A stretch of DNA of 64,000 bases from Camelus dromedarius (Eukaryota), in contig NC_087436.1 in NCBI RefSeq assembly GCF_036321535.1, positions 76,944,001-77,008,000 on the forward strand, given 5' to 3'. The notes beneath the pieces are model-generated. The model saw only the letters and a program-made list of their open reading frames with translations. It was not told the origin of the DNA and did no database searches. Position 1 is the stretch's first letter, and each line of letters begins with the position of its first letter. Of the stretch, positions 50,601 through 64,000 are shown piece after piece. The translations under genes and the position numbers were made by a program.

Positions 50601-51667
50601 ACCAACATTGATTACATTTTTAAATGTAGAGGTCTCTTTTGTTTGAATAAGTTTGCATTCCTTTTAAAATTTAAATTATTTAATGTCTAAAAACACAAAC
50701 CATATTTTTAAAAGTAAATCTCAGTCTATGCTTTTCTATAACTGGACATGAAATTAAAGTTTCTTCTAGGATTTCTTCTATTTTAGAAATTATACACTAA
50801 TTTTCCCAGTCACAGTTATAAATTTATAACTAAGGGACTATGGGTTTTCATACGTGAACCATTAAGGATCCTGTTAGTAGTTGTTCAACTCTAATAATGT
50901 TATGGCAATAAGGCCTCTATTGTTTTTTTTAAGTACTCACTTTTATATTTGGATTGAAATTGGGAATACATCCAAGTAAATGTTGTCAAAAACTATAACT
51001 CCAAAAGAAGGTATCATTCTCCCAATTCTATTTTATATGCTAGAACATCCTCAGATCATTCAATCAAATAATATTATCAAATATTTTATACTTTATTGGC
51101 TGTTATTCTCTGGTTCTATTTTAAAATATTTCATCCTGCTTTGGAAACATGTATCTGCATCTTTCTTAAAGTATCCCAATGTTGCAAGTAATTTTGAGAA
51201 GCCTTATCTCAATAGCGATTTACATTGAGATTTTGACAAACTCACAATCCCAAGATCTTTTACTTGTGTGTTGTATTTGAGAATGTTTTAATACAAATAT
51301 TGTTAGCTTCTCTGTGCTCTATCTTGTACTTGAGCAATTGATTTTCTTAGCCTAAATATAGGACTTTATCATTACCCATTTTCAATTTGTGTTCCCATGT
51401 TAAAATAAAAAGGAACTAAATTATACATACAATATGATTAAAACTATGTAAAATATATATCTTGTTCAAATAAATAAAAAAGAAAAGAAACAGATTCCAG
51501 ATTTCCAGGACAGAAAGAGTGAAACTTCAATATTAGATATGGTGGATGGAAAAGATATGATCACTCAAAGTATTTTAGCTTGGCCAAGTTGAAAGGGGGT
51601 GATGGTATTAATGGAAAAGTGACTGTATGAAGAGGAACAATTTGGAGTCAAGATATTAATAGATACT

Positions 51668-52135
51668 GTAGTGCTTTGCACCATCTCTTCTTAGCCCAAA
51701 TATTTCAGCATTGCTATAGTAAGCACTTCCATGTGTATCTCCAGGGTCCCATGTCAAATGGCAAATGTTGCACCTCTCTGCTTTTCTGCCTCAAGGCTTT
51801 CTTCTAAGGCATCAGTACCCACAACCAGCACAGCTGCTTCCAGCAGCCTGGAAGTGGGAGGAAGAAGGAATCAATAGCTAATTGCTCCAACTTCCCCATC
51901 CTTCTATGAGACAATTTTGAGGCAGTTTCTACAAGGTGCTCAGCATGTCTCCAGTGGGTCTGAGCTCCAGGTACTGACGCAGGTAACCAGTTCAATGATC
52001 TATCCCCTTTTTTTGCCCTTTACCCTCACGTCTGGTTTCATTCTCTCAACTCCCTCTTTACTGCTTCCTAGAACTATCTTCCAAAGGAATTATCTACACC
52101 CAATCCTTATCTCAGGCTCTGATCAAGTCTAAGAT
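51668..52135 (+). mobile_element. LTR16-like ERVL LTR relic
   Basis: GACAATTTTGAGGCAGTTTCTACAAGG...CCAGTGGGTCTGAGCTCCAG...CTTCCAAAGGAATTATCTACACCCAATCCTTATCTCAGGCTCTG...CTAAGA. Confidence 0.55.
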
Positions 52136-53709
52136 GAAGATATTGAATGATATCTGGGGCACATAAAGATTTAGGAGTCTTTAGGAGATTAATTGAAGAT
52201 GTCCATTAAAAAGTTAAAAATTAATTTCTGTCATCTCAGAAATAGTCTTTTCATTGTCTTGATCCAGTTTCACTCTTCATCCTTACAAAAATTTTTCTTT
52301 TTGCCACTTATTTATATTTATCATTGTTCTGTGACTCTTCTCCTACTTTACTAGATTTTTAAAAAAAAACCTGAGATCTTAAGAAAATGCACTGAACAGA
52401 GATTTTGTTTAAAATGCTTCACTTTTTTCTTCCTCAAATGGAACATATGTGACTAAATATAAGTCTAGTTTCTTTTTTAGAGAATCTATGGTCTCCCTTG
52501 AGTTTCTGGCCATAGGGCAACACCTAATTATTTTTTCTCAATCTAACTGCTCTGAATAAGGGCATGTTCCCTTCTGTGTGCCATTATTTCATCAAATGCA
52601 AAATAGTGCCCTTTAAAAAGAATGTGAAAGAATGTAATGAAAGACATTTTGATCCTGCCTGGTCTTGTCAGCCTGAGAGGTTTACTACTGTAACAAAGAC
52701 GTGAGTTTTATTTTCTTTTTAAAAATTATCTCTAGGAACCCATTATGTCCATGTGTCACATCTTATTGGATGCACAGTGTCAGAAATGTGCTTAAAATCT
52801 GGAGAAATCCTGGCTCTTTGGCACTTTTCCAAAGGCTAAAAGAAATTCTCACAGAAATGAAAGCCATTTGTATCCTGGGAGAAGTAAAATTGTTCTTCTT
52901 GAATCAAAATTGTTGTTTCAAAGAGAGCAAAAAGTGAAAAGTTTGGGAGATGAAATGATGTTAATCCACCCTTGTAAGTTAGAGTACTCCCCCTCTTCTG
53001 GTGGCAAGGATGCTGTGATCATGTTACCTTATCCTAATCCTCCCGCAAGCACAGGGATTCCATCTCCTGGGACATCGCTTTCCCTCTATGCTTTGTTTTT
53101 CCCAGTTTATATCTACCCTCTATTGTCCTTTTCAGAAATAACTCTATAATATCTATCCTCTTCGTAAGGTTTAGAGGACTTGTAAATTTGACTTCAGTGT
53201 AAAGAAAATCTTTGGAACTTAGGCACTTAAAAGACATCAATTCAGGAATTTTCACAAAAAAAGAGTTACTTTAAACAAAACAAATTTTTAAAACAACTAG
53301 AATAATCAAACTTTGGGGATATAAAAGGTCAGAAATCTCCTTATTCTTCTCCTAAGTTTGTATATAAAAAATGGAAGTGCATGCAGTTTATATACTATGC
53401 AAAGCCACATGCCAATAATCAGCATTGCCAGGACTAAAACATATTCTTTCTGTCATTTAATGTAGTTTAATTGAAATAGGCTGCAATATGGCTGGTAGTG
53501 CCTGAGATAAGAAGTAAATATAAGTGACTTTTTCTTGTCGATCTTATGTTTATAACATCTGTCTTGTTTTTAAAAAGACTCCTGCTGATTATCCAGTCTA
53601 ACTGCTTTTATAGATTTTACATGTTACAGTTGAGGAAAGCCTGAAATATGAAGAAAGTAAATAACTGGGTCAACCACAGAGCTAATTGATGGCACAGTCA
53701 GAAGCAGAA

Positions 53710-53860
53710 CCCATTCATTCATTCATTCGTTCATTTCTTCACTCAGGCGGTAAATACTTCCTGAGTGCATCCTCAGTTACAGGAATCGTGGGGATTCAAC
53801 TGGTGACCAAAATAGACACAGTTCCGGCTGTCACGGAGTTCATGGTGGGCCATGGCTGGG
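53710..53860 (-). mobile_element. L2 3' end relic
   Basis: CATTCATTCATTCATTC...AAATACTTCCTGAGTGC...AAATAGACACAGTTCC. Confidence 0.65.
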
Positions 53861-54515
53861 CTGCTATAGATCCAGTGATGACAGAAGAAAGAGAACTTGG
53901 GAACATTTAATAGGGGAGTAGCAAGAATTCCTAGTTGATAGGACCTTGGCTGCTGATGTGGCCTGTTCCCCCAGCTTAAAAGTATAAAAGGCAGAAAGTA
54001 TATGCTTTTTTTTGTCTCCTCTTACTGGTCAGACCTTTAAAGGACTGAATAAACTAAAGCAGCACTTTGCACGCAGGAGCACGAGGAGCTAAGAAGACAG
54101 GATCGGTCACATGCAATCTTGCGGCACGTCAGCCTTACTCTACGTGACTGCTATTTCTGTAGTGAGACAAAGTGAAAGAAATCTTTGCTAGCATCTAGGT
54201 TGCCCTTCTTGCCAGTATTTGAACCCAGATCAACCTTTGTGGGCCAGCCTGGCTTAGAGCTGATTATCCAATGAAAGCTAAGGGGTGTAGCTAACTGTAG
54301 AGCCTAACTCTGGGAGGAGAGAGACTGGTGGTGGATCTCATGCCATTTGTTGGTTGGAAACAAGTTCATTCCAGGAAGACTCCACATGTAACTTCATTTA
54401 CATACTTTATAAATCCTTCTGCTGATGTTCAGCTGTACATACTGATCTTTACTTTCACACAACTTTTACCTAACCATTAGAAGGGGGTTGGTATGATGCC
54501 ATTAAGAATTTGATA

Positions 54516-54555
54516 TATTTGAAATATATATATTCCATATATATATTTGGACTAT

Positions 54556-54595
<40 letters not shown>

Positions 54596-55024
54596 ATATT
54601 ACTCAGCCATAAAAAGAATGGAATAATGCCATTGAGTGAAGTAAGCCAGACAGAGAAAGATAAGTATCATATGATATAACTTATATGTGGAATTTAAAAA
54701 ACAATGATACAAATTCTATTTACAAGCCAAAAACAGACTCATGGATGTGGAAAACAAATATGGTTACCAAAGGGGAAAAGGCAGAGAGGGATAAATTAGG
54801 GGGTGGGGATTAACAGATACACATTACTATATATAAAGTAGATAAACAACAAGGACCTACTGTATAGCACAGGGAACTATATTCAATTTCTTGTAATAAC
54901 ATGTAATGGAAAAGAATCTGAAAAGAAAATATATGTATGTATGTATATGTATAACTGAATCACTTCACTGTACACCTGAAACTAATGCTGTAAATCAACT
55001 ACATGTCAATGAAAAATTTTTAAA
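54516..55024 (+). mobile_element. Cetartiodactyl-type L1 3' end with internal (TA)n(GA)n microsatellite
   Basis: GAATATTACTCAGCCATAAAAAGAATG...AGTGAAGTAAGCCAGACAGAGAAAG...CAAGGACCTACTGTATAGCACAGGGAACTATATTCAA...TGTACACCTGAAACTAA. Candidate TSD AA(G/T)AATTTGATA at 54504-54515 and 55025-55036. Confidence 0.88.
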
Positions 55025-58000
55025 AATAATTTGATAGTATTAGGCTTATTTTATCCTTGAGCCTGAAAAAATTGTTGAAACAAATGCCATTTTTGGAGAG
55101 ACTACAGGACCAATCACACTCTCAACTTAGTCGTGTGGGAGACAGACTTTAGGCTGATTACCCATAAAAAGCTGTGCAGAAAAAAGCTGTATAGGTAAAT
55201 TGTGGTAAGTAGTGATACTCTGAAAACATCACAGGAGGACCTAATCTAGATCTGGGGTGGGAGATGAGTCAGGAAAGGCACTTGAGAGAAAGCAGCTTTT
55301 AAGCTGAGACTTTTTTTTTTTTAAGGGAACAAAAGAGAAGAAATTAGTAAATGGAAATTGTGGAAATGAAGGGCTTATTTCAGAAGACAGAAGCCCATGT
55401 ACCTTTCCTCTGTCATTTTCCCCCATTCTCTGTGTTTGCCCCTTAAAGGAATGAATCACTTACACTTTGCCATTTATATTATGTTATGTATAATTTAGGG
55501 CTAATTAAAACCAAATGAGGGTCTTCAGCGTGGTGATGGTTATATGTCTACGCACTTACAAAACTTAGAGCAGCACACCAAAAAGAATGAATTTTAGTAT
55601 AGGTAAACTTTTTAAAGAATGAAAAACAAAATAAAACAAAATGTAAATAAAGTAGAGCGATGACTACTGTTGTTCATTTGCTCCTTTAGCTTCATGTTAA
55701 AAAGAAGCACGTAACAGAGAAGTGTGTATACAGTTATGTGTGTTTCCTGGAAACTCTAATCTTCCCCTGGAGAATGGAATATTTGCGCTTGTTTTTATTT
55801 GAGTGTTTTATGTTTCTAACACAAGAAGGGCTCTTTAATGTGCCTGTAATATGTGGACAAGCTAGGAAAATCCCTAGAAGAAAAATATATTTTGTGACAT
55901 ACTGACTTGACAAATGGAGTGTGATCTGAAGGCTTTATTCTGGCATTACATGACAGCTGTCTTTTTATCTAGAAGAGATATGCTACGCTTACTGGTAGAA
56001 CACAAGATATAGGTGCCTGAATGTCATCACTCCAGTAATGGGAAGACAAGAGCGATCATTATTTCATAGCCTGCAAAACTTGAGCACTATTTTTGTTAAA
56101 CTGGAGGCATATCATTCCTTTACGCGTCATCTGATGACACTGTCTCTGATATTTATGACAAAGGAAATCCCTTGTGATTTTTCCCAATCAGGATAAAGAA
56201 CGTTTTCTTTACCTTTCACAGAGCTGAAGAAATCTGACTTGGAAAAGGAAAGACCATTTTGATGTATTTGTTGACTTGCATCAAAATGGTAATCCATTTC
56301 TTCTCCGAAATGATTTTCCCCAAAGTATGTGAGAGGGAAAAGAGGGGTTACATTATGATCATTAACAGTATTTAGGCACTCGATGTGCCAGGAAAGGGAG
56401 GTAGTGCTTCGTTTGTGTGCATTAGCTCCTCAGCTTTTACAGTGACAGTCAAATCAGCACTCAGAGGCAAAGGTTATTTATCACTGTCTCCATTTTCCCA
56501 GTGAGGAGACTGTGGCAAAGAGAGGTTAAGACAAGTTCTCCAGGTTGCAGAGCTAGGAGCACTGTGCCTGTGCAGAAGGCTGAATGTGTGTTTTATGTGC
56601 CGAGGTCAGGTGTGTTTGTGCAGCAGAGAAATGCTGTGTGATTCACTCCAGCAGCCTCTAATGCTGATGTCTGGGTGTGTGCTGATCTCTTCCCTTTGGA
56701 TGCTTGCATCTCGTGTCAGTTCATACTAAGACCTCATCCAGTACGTCCTGGTTCCCTGCATTAACACAGAAGGTAGTTTCCTGAGATTCCTTTTAAGAAG
56801 CTGTAAACAATGAGTCCCCTACATTTTGCTTTGTTAACAATCCTGTGTTCCACAGCAATAGACTGGGTGTGAAACAGTTGTATTGGAAAGTGCAAAAGTT
56901 TCCTTCCTTACTCATTAATACAAAGGTAATATTTTTAGGAACAATTTCAAATGTTTCAAAGTGCTTTACCTTTGTAACAAACCAACAATGACCTTTGCTA
57001 TTGAAATAGACAATTGCTTTATGATTCTTTTTTCTTAGAAAACATTGACTTAAAAAATTTTTAATATTAGATGTGCCCCTAAATTTTTACTATGATGTCT
57101 TGTTCTAGTGAACATACAGTCCTGTTGCTCATGTTTCTCTGAACAAATCAAAACACATTACAGACAAAGCTTAATGCAGTAAGAGGCCCTAAAATACTTT
57201 TTTCAAAAAAACTTTGAAAAGTAACCATATATGAGGAAAAGTCTTGAAGCCAGTGAGTTTGTCTTTTGCTTTTACTAATGGAGAAAATGAGGTGAAAACA
57301 GGTTAGAGTTTGTTCCAGGTGCTCTCTGGCACGTCAGCCTTGGTGAAGGCATTCAGTTCAGACAATGGGAGATTATTTGTTTGCTTTTACGACATAGCTT
57401 TAACTAGCACGGCTTCAAAGTGTCCACTACAAAGGTATTCCCACATGGAAATCTGAAGCGAAATCCCTTTCTTTTAAAGGGTGGACAAGTGATCCGGACA
57501 AATCCTCATACTCTGGAAACTGCTGTACCTGCTGGAGGCCTTAGAGTCAGAAAAGATGACACACCAGTGACTTGCTGCCTTTAGATGTGTTGGTGGGAAA
57601 AAGGACCACTATTTGAAGAAGACAGTTGCAAATGCAGACTGGGCTTCTTTACTTTATCTTCGCTTCCGTTAGCGTTCCTCAGAATCAGGCTGATAAATCT
57701 CATTCACCCTAATTCTCAAATGTTCTCTGCAGTTGTCTTTCAGCTGCTGAACCACCTATAGGGCATCATAATCCCACCTTGTAAAAAGCTACTGGACCAA
57801 GCGCTTCTGTCACAGATTGTGACACACAAGGGCATTCATCTTATTGATTTTATTACCTGCATTTCTCCAAAGGCAAGATGATCTGGTTAAAATAGTTATA
57901 TCCATGCATTGTGAGACTTTTTTGTGTATTAAGGAAGTGCATTGTTTTAACAAATTTAATGTAAACAATTATAATTTTTGTAATTACATAATTTAAATTA

Positions 58001-58829
58001 TCAATTAAATCTGTAATAATTTCACATTCATAATTACAACTGTGTTTTTACCTTTATTTCTCCAAACAAAGGACGTCAGAACAGAAATTATTACCCTTAT
58101 TTTTATGGAGAATGAAAATGAGGCTCTAGGGTTTAACTCACTACACAGTTACTGTGCGTGTGTGTGTGTGTGTGTGTGTGGAGGTGAGCTGCAGAATTAG
58201 AATTCAGGTACGTTTGTTCTCATTAGGGGTCTTTTCCACCACTGAGCCTGCTATCTTTACAGAATAAACAGTTTTGAAGCACTGAGGGCTTCCACTTTGC
58301 TGGACTGGAATTTTTAAAAATCTGCGTGTATGAGGTTTGCCTTGTTTTGTTCTCAAGTGTGGGTACCACGAAGAATCAGCTGCATTTCTGTCACATCGTC
58401 CATGCCCATTCTCTGGCTGCAGATTCCTTCTGCCTTTGTGCTGTCATTACTACAAAATTCCTAGAGGATATAAAATGTAAAAGCTAACTAGTGTTTAGTG
58501 TGTGTGTATATAAGACCAAGAGTGAATCCTCATTTCTTTCCTTTCACATCTACCCACTCCAAGTACAGTGTGGAGAGGGGTGGGTGGAATTGTAAAGGAA
58601 ACTTAAGGTGAAAAAAAATCAGAGGGAAATAACAGCTGCATCTCTATGGCAGTTTCACTCATTCAAAAATGATAGGATGAAATAAAATATCTGAACTAGA
58701 GTGAAGTTTCTCCCTGTTCTACTTTACCCGAAGTCCCTGGAGGATAAATCGAGGTGCCTGAGAAATGGATGTCTTGATAATGAGCCCAAAACAATGTATC
58801 TCAAGCTGGAGAGCAGACTCTCAATCATC

Positions 58830-60150
58830 GAGTTTATTTATTCATTCCACAAGCATTTATTGGGCACCCACAGTATATATCAAGCCCCATTCTAGGTATC
58901 TGTGAACAGAAGAAAGAGCCTCATCATCATGGAACTTTCATATTAGCAGGGGACAAAGACAACAAACAACAAACACAATATAGATGTATATCCTACAGTA
59001 TATTAGAAAGTGCTAAGTACATCAAAGCACAGTTGTAAGGGTGCTGCTCCTAGAATCACCCTGAGTCCCAGCCTCAGCGCTACCACTTCCTAGCTGGGTG
59101 ACTTGGGTAAGTTACTTACCCTCTCTGTGCCCCAGTTTTCTTATGACCTACAAAATAGACAACAGTTCCTACTCCATAAGTTGGTATGTACATTAGATGA
59201 ATTAGTATCTGGCGAGAATGCCTGGCTGACAGTAAGAGCTACATAACTCTTTATTAAATATACAGCTTCTATGGAAAAAAATTAAAAAGAAAAGCAGAAT
59301 GGGTATTAGGGAGTATGGAGGGTGATCAGATGACATTTGAGAAGAAAACATGAGCAAAACCTTGAAGGATGTAAAGAATTAGTCAGACAAATACATTAGG
59401 GGAAAGCAGTCCAAACAGAGAGAGTAACCTTTGTGAATATCTTAAGGTGAATGCATGGCTGAGTTTTTCTTTTTTAACTGAAGTACACTCAGTTTACAAT
59501 ATTGTGTCGATTTCTGGTGTACAGCATAATGTTTCAGTCATACATATACATACACATATTCCTATTCCATATTCTTTTTCATCATAGATTACTATAAGAC
59601 ATCAAACATAGTTCCCTGTGCTATACAGAAAAAATACATTTTTAAATCTATTTTTGTATATAGTAGTTAATATCTGCAAATCTCGAACTCCCAATTTATC
59701 TCTTCCCACCCTCTTCCCCCACCAGTGACCGTAAGATTGTTTACTATGTCTGTGAGTCTGTTTCCGATGAGTTTTGAGAACTGCCAGGAAGCCAGTATGG
59801 CTTGAACTGAGCAAGCCAGGGGATCACTTAGGGGCTGGAAAGCCACTGGGAGGATTTTAGCTTTTATTTTAGGTGTGAAACAAGAAGTGACCAGTAATTT
59901 TAAGGATAGGAGTGCCTTTTCTTTTTAAAAAAGATTACTATGCTGCCTTTAAAAAAAAATTGAAAGGAGGAAAGGCCAAAAACAGGGCCTTTTGGGAGGT
60001 GATGATGGCTTATACCTAGGTGGTTGCAATGGAGATGGTGAAAAGTGAATGGATTCTGATTATATTTGGAAGATAAAGCCAAAAGGAGTTCCTGCTGGAT
60101 TGCATATAGTGAGTGCAGAAAAGAGAAAAATCAAGAATGAATCCAAGATT
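58830..60150 (-). mobile_element. L2 relic interrupted by a MIR (about 59040-59260) and a young L1
   Basis: TTTATTCATTCCACAAGCATTTATTGGGCACC at the start and GATGGTGAAAAGTGAATGGATTCTG...ATCAAGAATGAATCCAAG at the end. MIR core GGGTGACTTGGGTAAGTTACTTACCCTCTCTGTGCCCCAGTTT inside. Confidence 0.65.
59468..59765 (-). mobile_element. Young lineage L1 3' end with TSD
   Basis: CAGTTTACAATATTGTGTC...TTTCTGGTGTACAGCATAATGTTTCAGTCATAC...TCTCGAACTCCCAATTTATC. TSD TGAGTTTT at 59460-59467 and 59768-59775. Confidence 0.88.
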
Positions 60151-61512
60151 AAAATTTCTTTTCATGATTTCCCCTGCCTGCTCTCCTTCCTACCTACAAT
60201 TTTATCCATCCAGTGTCTGCCCCTACCCTGCTTTCTCTTTGTATCAATGCCAGGAGAGCTCCCAAATCTAGGAAGAGTCATAATGTAAGGAAAGGAGAAT
60301 GGTTTTGTGAGAGACAATGGGACAGAAGAGAGAAGCAAAATCCATCTGGGGGAAGAATTCAGGCTGACAGCTCCTCCCACAGAATACAGCGGAGAGGAGT
60401 TCCAACTGGAAAGAGATACAAATGGAAAGGCTCGTGTCATCCCCATCCTTGTAACTCCCAACTCCGTGGGTGATCTTCACAGGCTGAGGTAGGATCAAGG
60501 CATTTCTCTGGGCTGGCATGGATTTCTATATATCTTGAACTTAGGAAACAAAAGGTTAGGAAATCTAAGAATAAATATTGGTGCTAAACTCTGTCTTTGA
60601 AAAACATAGGCTTTTAATCTCCTTTCGTTCTTCTTCCCAAAACTTTCTGTCATTTTGTTCTCTTCCTTCTCCATGTGTGGACATAAGCGTATCTAAGTAT
60701 CTACACTGTTAAAGAATAATCGTTACGTTCAGGAATTGACACTGAGTTTTTCCATTGAAGCCTATTAGGCTGGATACACCCATCTCTACCTAGAACCAGC
60801 CTAGTGCCACCAGAGCGCTCAAAATGCTGATCTTCTGAAAGAGATTATCATATGGAAAAAAACCTTCTTGGTCCCATTTTTCATGCTCCCCCAACATTTC
60901 TTTGCATCTTTTCTCTTTTCTTCTTACTTCCCTTTTTCCACTTTTATCCACTGGATATTTATTTGTAAAAGCCATTTAGAGTTTGATGCCTCAAAGCCCT
61001 CATACCTGTTTAACTACAGTCTCCTTTAGAAAGGAATTTTCCTCGAATCTGATCACATTCATTTGCTCATTAACAGATGTTGTGGCCCCAGGCTGCATTT
61101 CTGGGGAGTAGGTAGAGAAAGGGGAACGGATTCATCGACATCTTCTGTCAGGAGTCAATAAGCTGTCATTCAGCTCTCCTGGGCCCTACACAGGTGCTCT
61201 TTCCTTTTTTCTGACAATAGCAAAGGTTCCCAAGCCCCCAGATGACAGTCTCTACATTAGTACTTAGTGGCTCCACTGACAGGTGTTTCTCTGTATAACG
61301 AGACAACAGGTGTTGGCCTGGTGCAGCCTGCCAAAAGTCAAGGAGCCAGAGGAGAAAACAAAGCCAGTTTGTGAAAATGATTACTGTAATTAAGAGCTAT
61401 GGTGATGCAAACGATGAAAACACATGCACATGAAGCACTCGCCATCTCCCAAATTCTCTGTCCCCTGGGTAGAGGAAATGACAGACTACAAATCTCCAGC
61501 ACTGCAATATAC

Positions 61513-61708
61513 TTTTTATTATTATTATTATTGAAGTATAGTCGATATACAATGTTGAGTTAGTCTCTGATGTGCAGCATAGTGATTCAGTCATACACAT
61601 ACGTATATTCGTTTTCATATTCTTTTTCATTACAGGTTACTACAAGACATTGAATATAGTTCCCTGTGCTATACAGTAGGACCTTGTTTATCTATTTTAT
61701 ATATAGTA
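61513..61708 (-). mobile_element. L1 3' end, truncated
   Basis: (ATT)n tail, TTGAAGTATAGT...GATTCAGTCATAC...TTGAATATAGTTCCCTGTGCTATACAGTAGGACCTTG. Confidence 0.85.
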
Positions 61709-61978
61709 AAGTTCTCACTTCTTTTGGGGAGAGATTAAAATGATTATTAAGCCATCTTTTGAAACCATCCCTCATAAAGATCCTCATTTAGAATTTATAT
61801 TATGGTGCATTTGGGGGATTACAAGGCTGAAGGAGTCTGCCTTGGAGGGGCTTATGATTTTCTTGAGACACCAGATGCACTGATAAGAAAAGTGAACTCA
61901 AAACTACAGAGAGTTTCTATTGGGGGCCCCTTGGGCTCCCAGCAGGAAATTGCCTCATTCATAATCAAGCAAAGTCTT

Positions 61979-62134
61979 TTTTTTTTCTTGGTGATTTTTT
62001 GGAGGGAAGGTAATTAGGTTTTTCTTTATTTTATTTTATTTTTTTTTTAGGGGATGGTACTGGGGGTTGAACCCAGGACCTTGTGCACGCTAAGCACGCA
62101 CTCCACCCATCAGTAAGCTATCCCCTACCCCCTC
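61979..62134 (-). mobile_element. tRNA-Ala-derived SINE, Vic-1-like (camelid)
   Basis: Minus strand GGGGATAGCT...GTGGAGTGCGTGCTTAGCGTGCACAAGGTCCTGGGTTCAACCCCCAGTACC (B box GGTTCAACCC), then AAACCTAATTACC and an A tail. TSD CAAG(C/A)AAAGTCTT at 61966-61978 and 62135-62147. Confidence 0.85.
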
Positions 62135-64000
62135 CAAGAAAAGTCTTGATGGTGGCATGCTGTAGACTCTTCAATTCCTCCTTTAGGGAGCATACAGGAG
62201 CTTCAGAGCTAGGGCAGATAGCAGAGTGGCTTGCATAAGGTAAATCCTTCTCTTTATAAAAATCTGTGAACATACATTAGTTGCTAAGGATCCTCTCGCT
62301 GCTCTGATCAGAGCCGGCTACTACTGGAATGAGAAGCAGAGGGTGGTATGGACCAATGATGAGGACATAGGTCAGAAGTCACGGACTTTATCAACATGAT
62401 TTCATATTATATATTTATGATTACAATATGCAACGTAAGTTATAACTGTTAGGTCCCTCTGCTCAACTTTTAGCCATTTTTGTATATGTTTACAAGGGAG
62501 CTGAGGGTGGTGGCATGTGGGTAATTCAATTTTGTTACATACTGTGATTATTGAACACTTTCATACTGTGATTGCTGAAAGAATGGTCCAGGATTTTTCA
62601 ACTATTTTGCAATTAAAAAAAAATATTGAAAGGAAAAAAAAGGCTGGTTCACCAATAATTCTTCTAGAGGCCCCAGGAATGGATGCTTTTTGGCTTTTTT
62701 TTTTTTTAACAGCTTTTGGTTAAGCTGAAAAACTTTTTAGATTTCTTAGAAAGTTTCTGATGTTAGAAAATTTATACAAAGAGTATTTCTCTAGAATATG
62801 GTGCCTGAACTTTTCGTGGGAAAAAACTAAACTGAAGCAAAACATCCACTTGGTCTTGCTGAAGATATCTTTCCAGTGCTGTGTACTCCCTGCCAACCGT
62901 TCCATCTCCCCAGTTTTGGGGCTCCTACCCCTTTAACAATGAAGAAAAATAAGCATCTTATTATGGGGGAAAAAGAAAACTTAGCCTGTGTGGACAAGCT
63001 CTCAGATTCAGCCTGAGAAATTAACTTTGATCAAATTACTTTCTGAACAAATGGTCTTTGCTGGAGCTGGTGAAAGGATGCAGCCCATGTGGCCTCGGTT
63101 TCAGCAGTTTCCTATCTGTTTATCCCTGGACCAGGCTTGATCTCACTTCTGTTCTCTTCCCCCTGCCTCATTTGGCACAAGAGGGATGTCCTACAAGAGG
63201 ACACTGTGCTTCCTTTCTCTCATCCTCTGCCCTCATTTTTCTTGAATGAGTGCCCGTTTGCTTATGGCCTGTCTCGCTGGATACCAACCAAGCATGCAGA
63301 ATGCTAGAGCTGTTCCAATAGCAGCAACTCAAATTCACCCTCTTTTTCTCTTAGATGAGAAAAGTCTCTGATATCTCACCCTTCTTGCCACCCGACCCAC
63401 TTCTCATGGAGAATTAAGACTGGAAGTACCACACCTCTCTACCTTATGCTCAGAACGACCTCTCTAGACATTATTAGCTCCAGACTGTGCCAGGAGCAGA
63501 AATCATCACAAATGGCAAAGTGGGCTCTGTTGGAGGCAAGGGACAGTGGCATGATCACAAACCATGACTTTTGTGCTCACCTGTCACCAGCACAAGGCAC
63601 TGCATCCTCCATCTTCCATGGCTGGCCCTAAATAAGATAAGGGGCTTCTAGTGCTATCTATTTCCTCCAGGCTTGGCTTCTCACCAGGCAAGTTGGCAGC
63701 AGCTACAGGAACTAATAGCCTGTGGCTAGAGGAGTACTGAGCAGGCTGAGAAGGGTGGGAAGGGCTGCTGTGCTGGAAGGAAGCGGAGACTAGGGGCGCA
63801 CAGGCGGGGTGCTGATGAGTGATTAAGCACTCTGCAGGTCCGGAGGTTAGATCTCCTCCTTCTTCTCAAGGGTCTGTTACTTCTCTTTGAGGAGGCAGCT
63901 GTTTTGAAATGGCCACAGGCAGCTGCTCTCCTCTATATCTGTGGAGAGAAAAAGCAAAGCAGCCTTTGCTGGTAGAAAGAGGTCTTTTGTGAATTGACTC

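Noticed and set aside
54123..57341. Identical 14-mer GGCACGTCAGCCTT at 54123 and 57328 (CRE-like)
   Set aside because: Several exact 14-mer pairs are expected by chance in 64 kb, and the flanks do not match.
62050..62130. tRNA-Ala-like sequence on the minus strand
   Set aside because: Degenerate A box and stems, followed by a SINE tail and flanked by a TSD. It is a SINE, not a tRNA gene.

Overview
Mammalian genomic DNA, most likely camelid, judged from a Vic-1-like tRNA-Ala-derived SINE and young L1 3' ends of camelid type. It holds one complete protein-coding gene, PRDM8 (PR/SET domain plus zinc fingers, + strand). Its three coding exons (18547-18765, 19767-19998, 20408-22035) join with canonical GT-AG sites into a 692-aa ORF. 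There is a non-coding first exon (about 16010-16268) and a 3' UTR ending near AATAAA at 22791. The gene lies in a chain of CpG islands from about 2.9 kb to 26.2 kb. The remaining ~38 kb is AT-rich intergenic DNA with MIR, L2, L1, MER5, MER20, MER45 and LTR relics; by synteny it runs toward FGF5, which is not in the window. I see no convincing new multi-gene system. The best leads are regulatory or small-ORF hypotheses: a possibly spliced antisense transcript carrying a 100-codon strong-Kozak ORF, a hybrid first/internal exon with a uORF whose frame ends on a TGATG stop-start, a NAGNAG acceptor with a UG-rich tract, repeated SAF motifs in PRDM8, a RE1 half-site, and convergent CTCF motifs around the locus. 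Repeat family names and boundaries were recognised by eye and are approximate.
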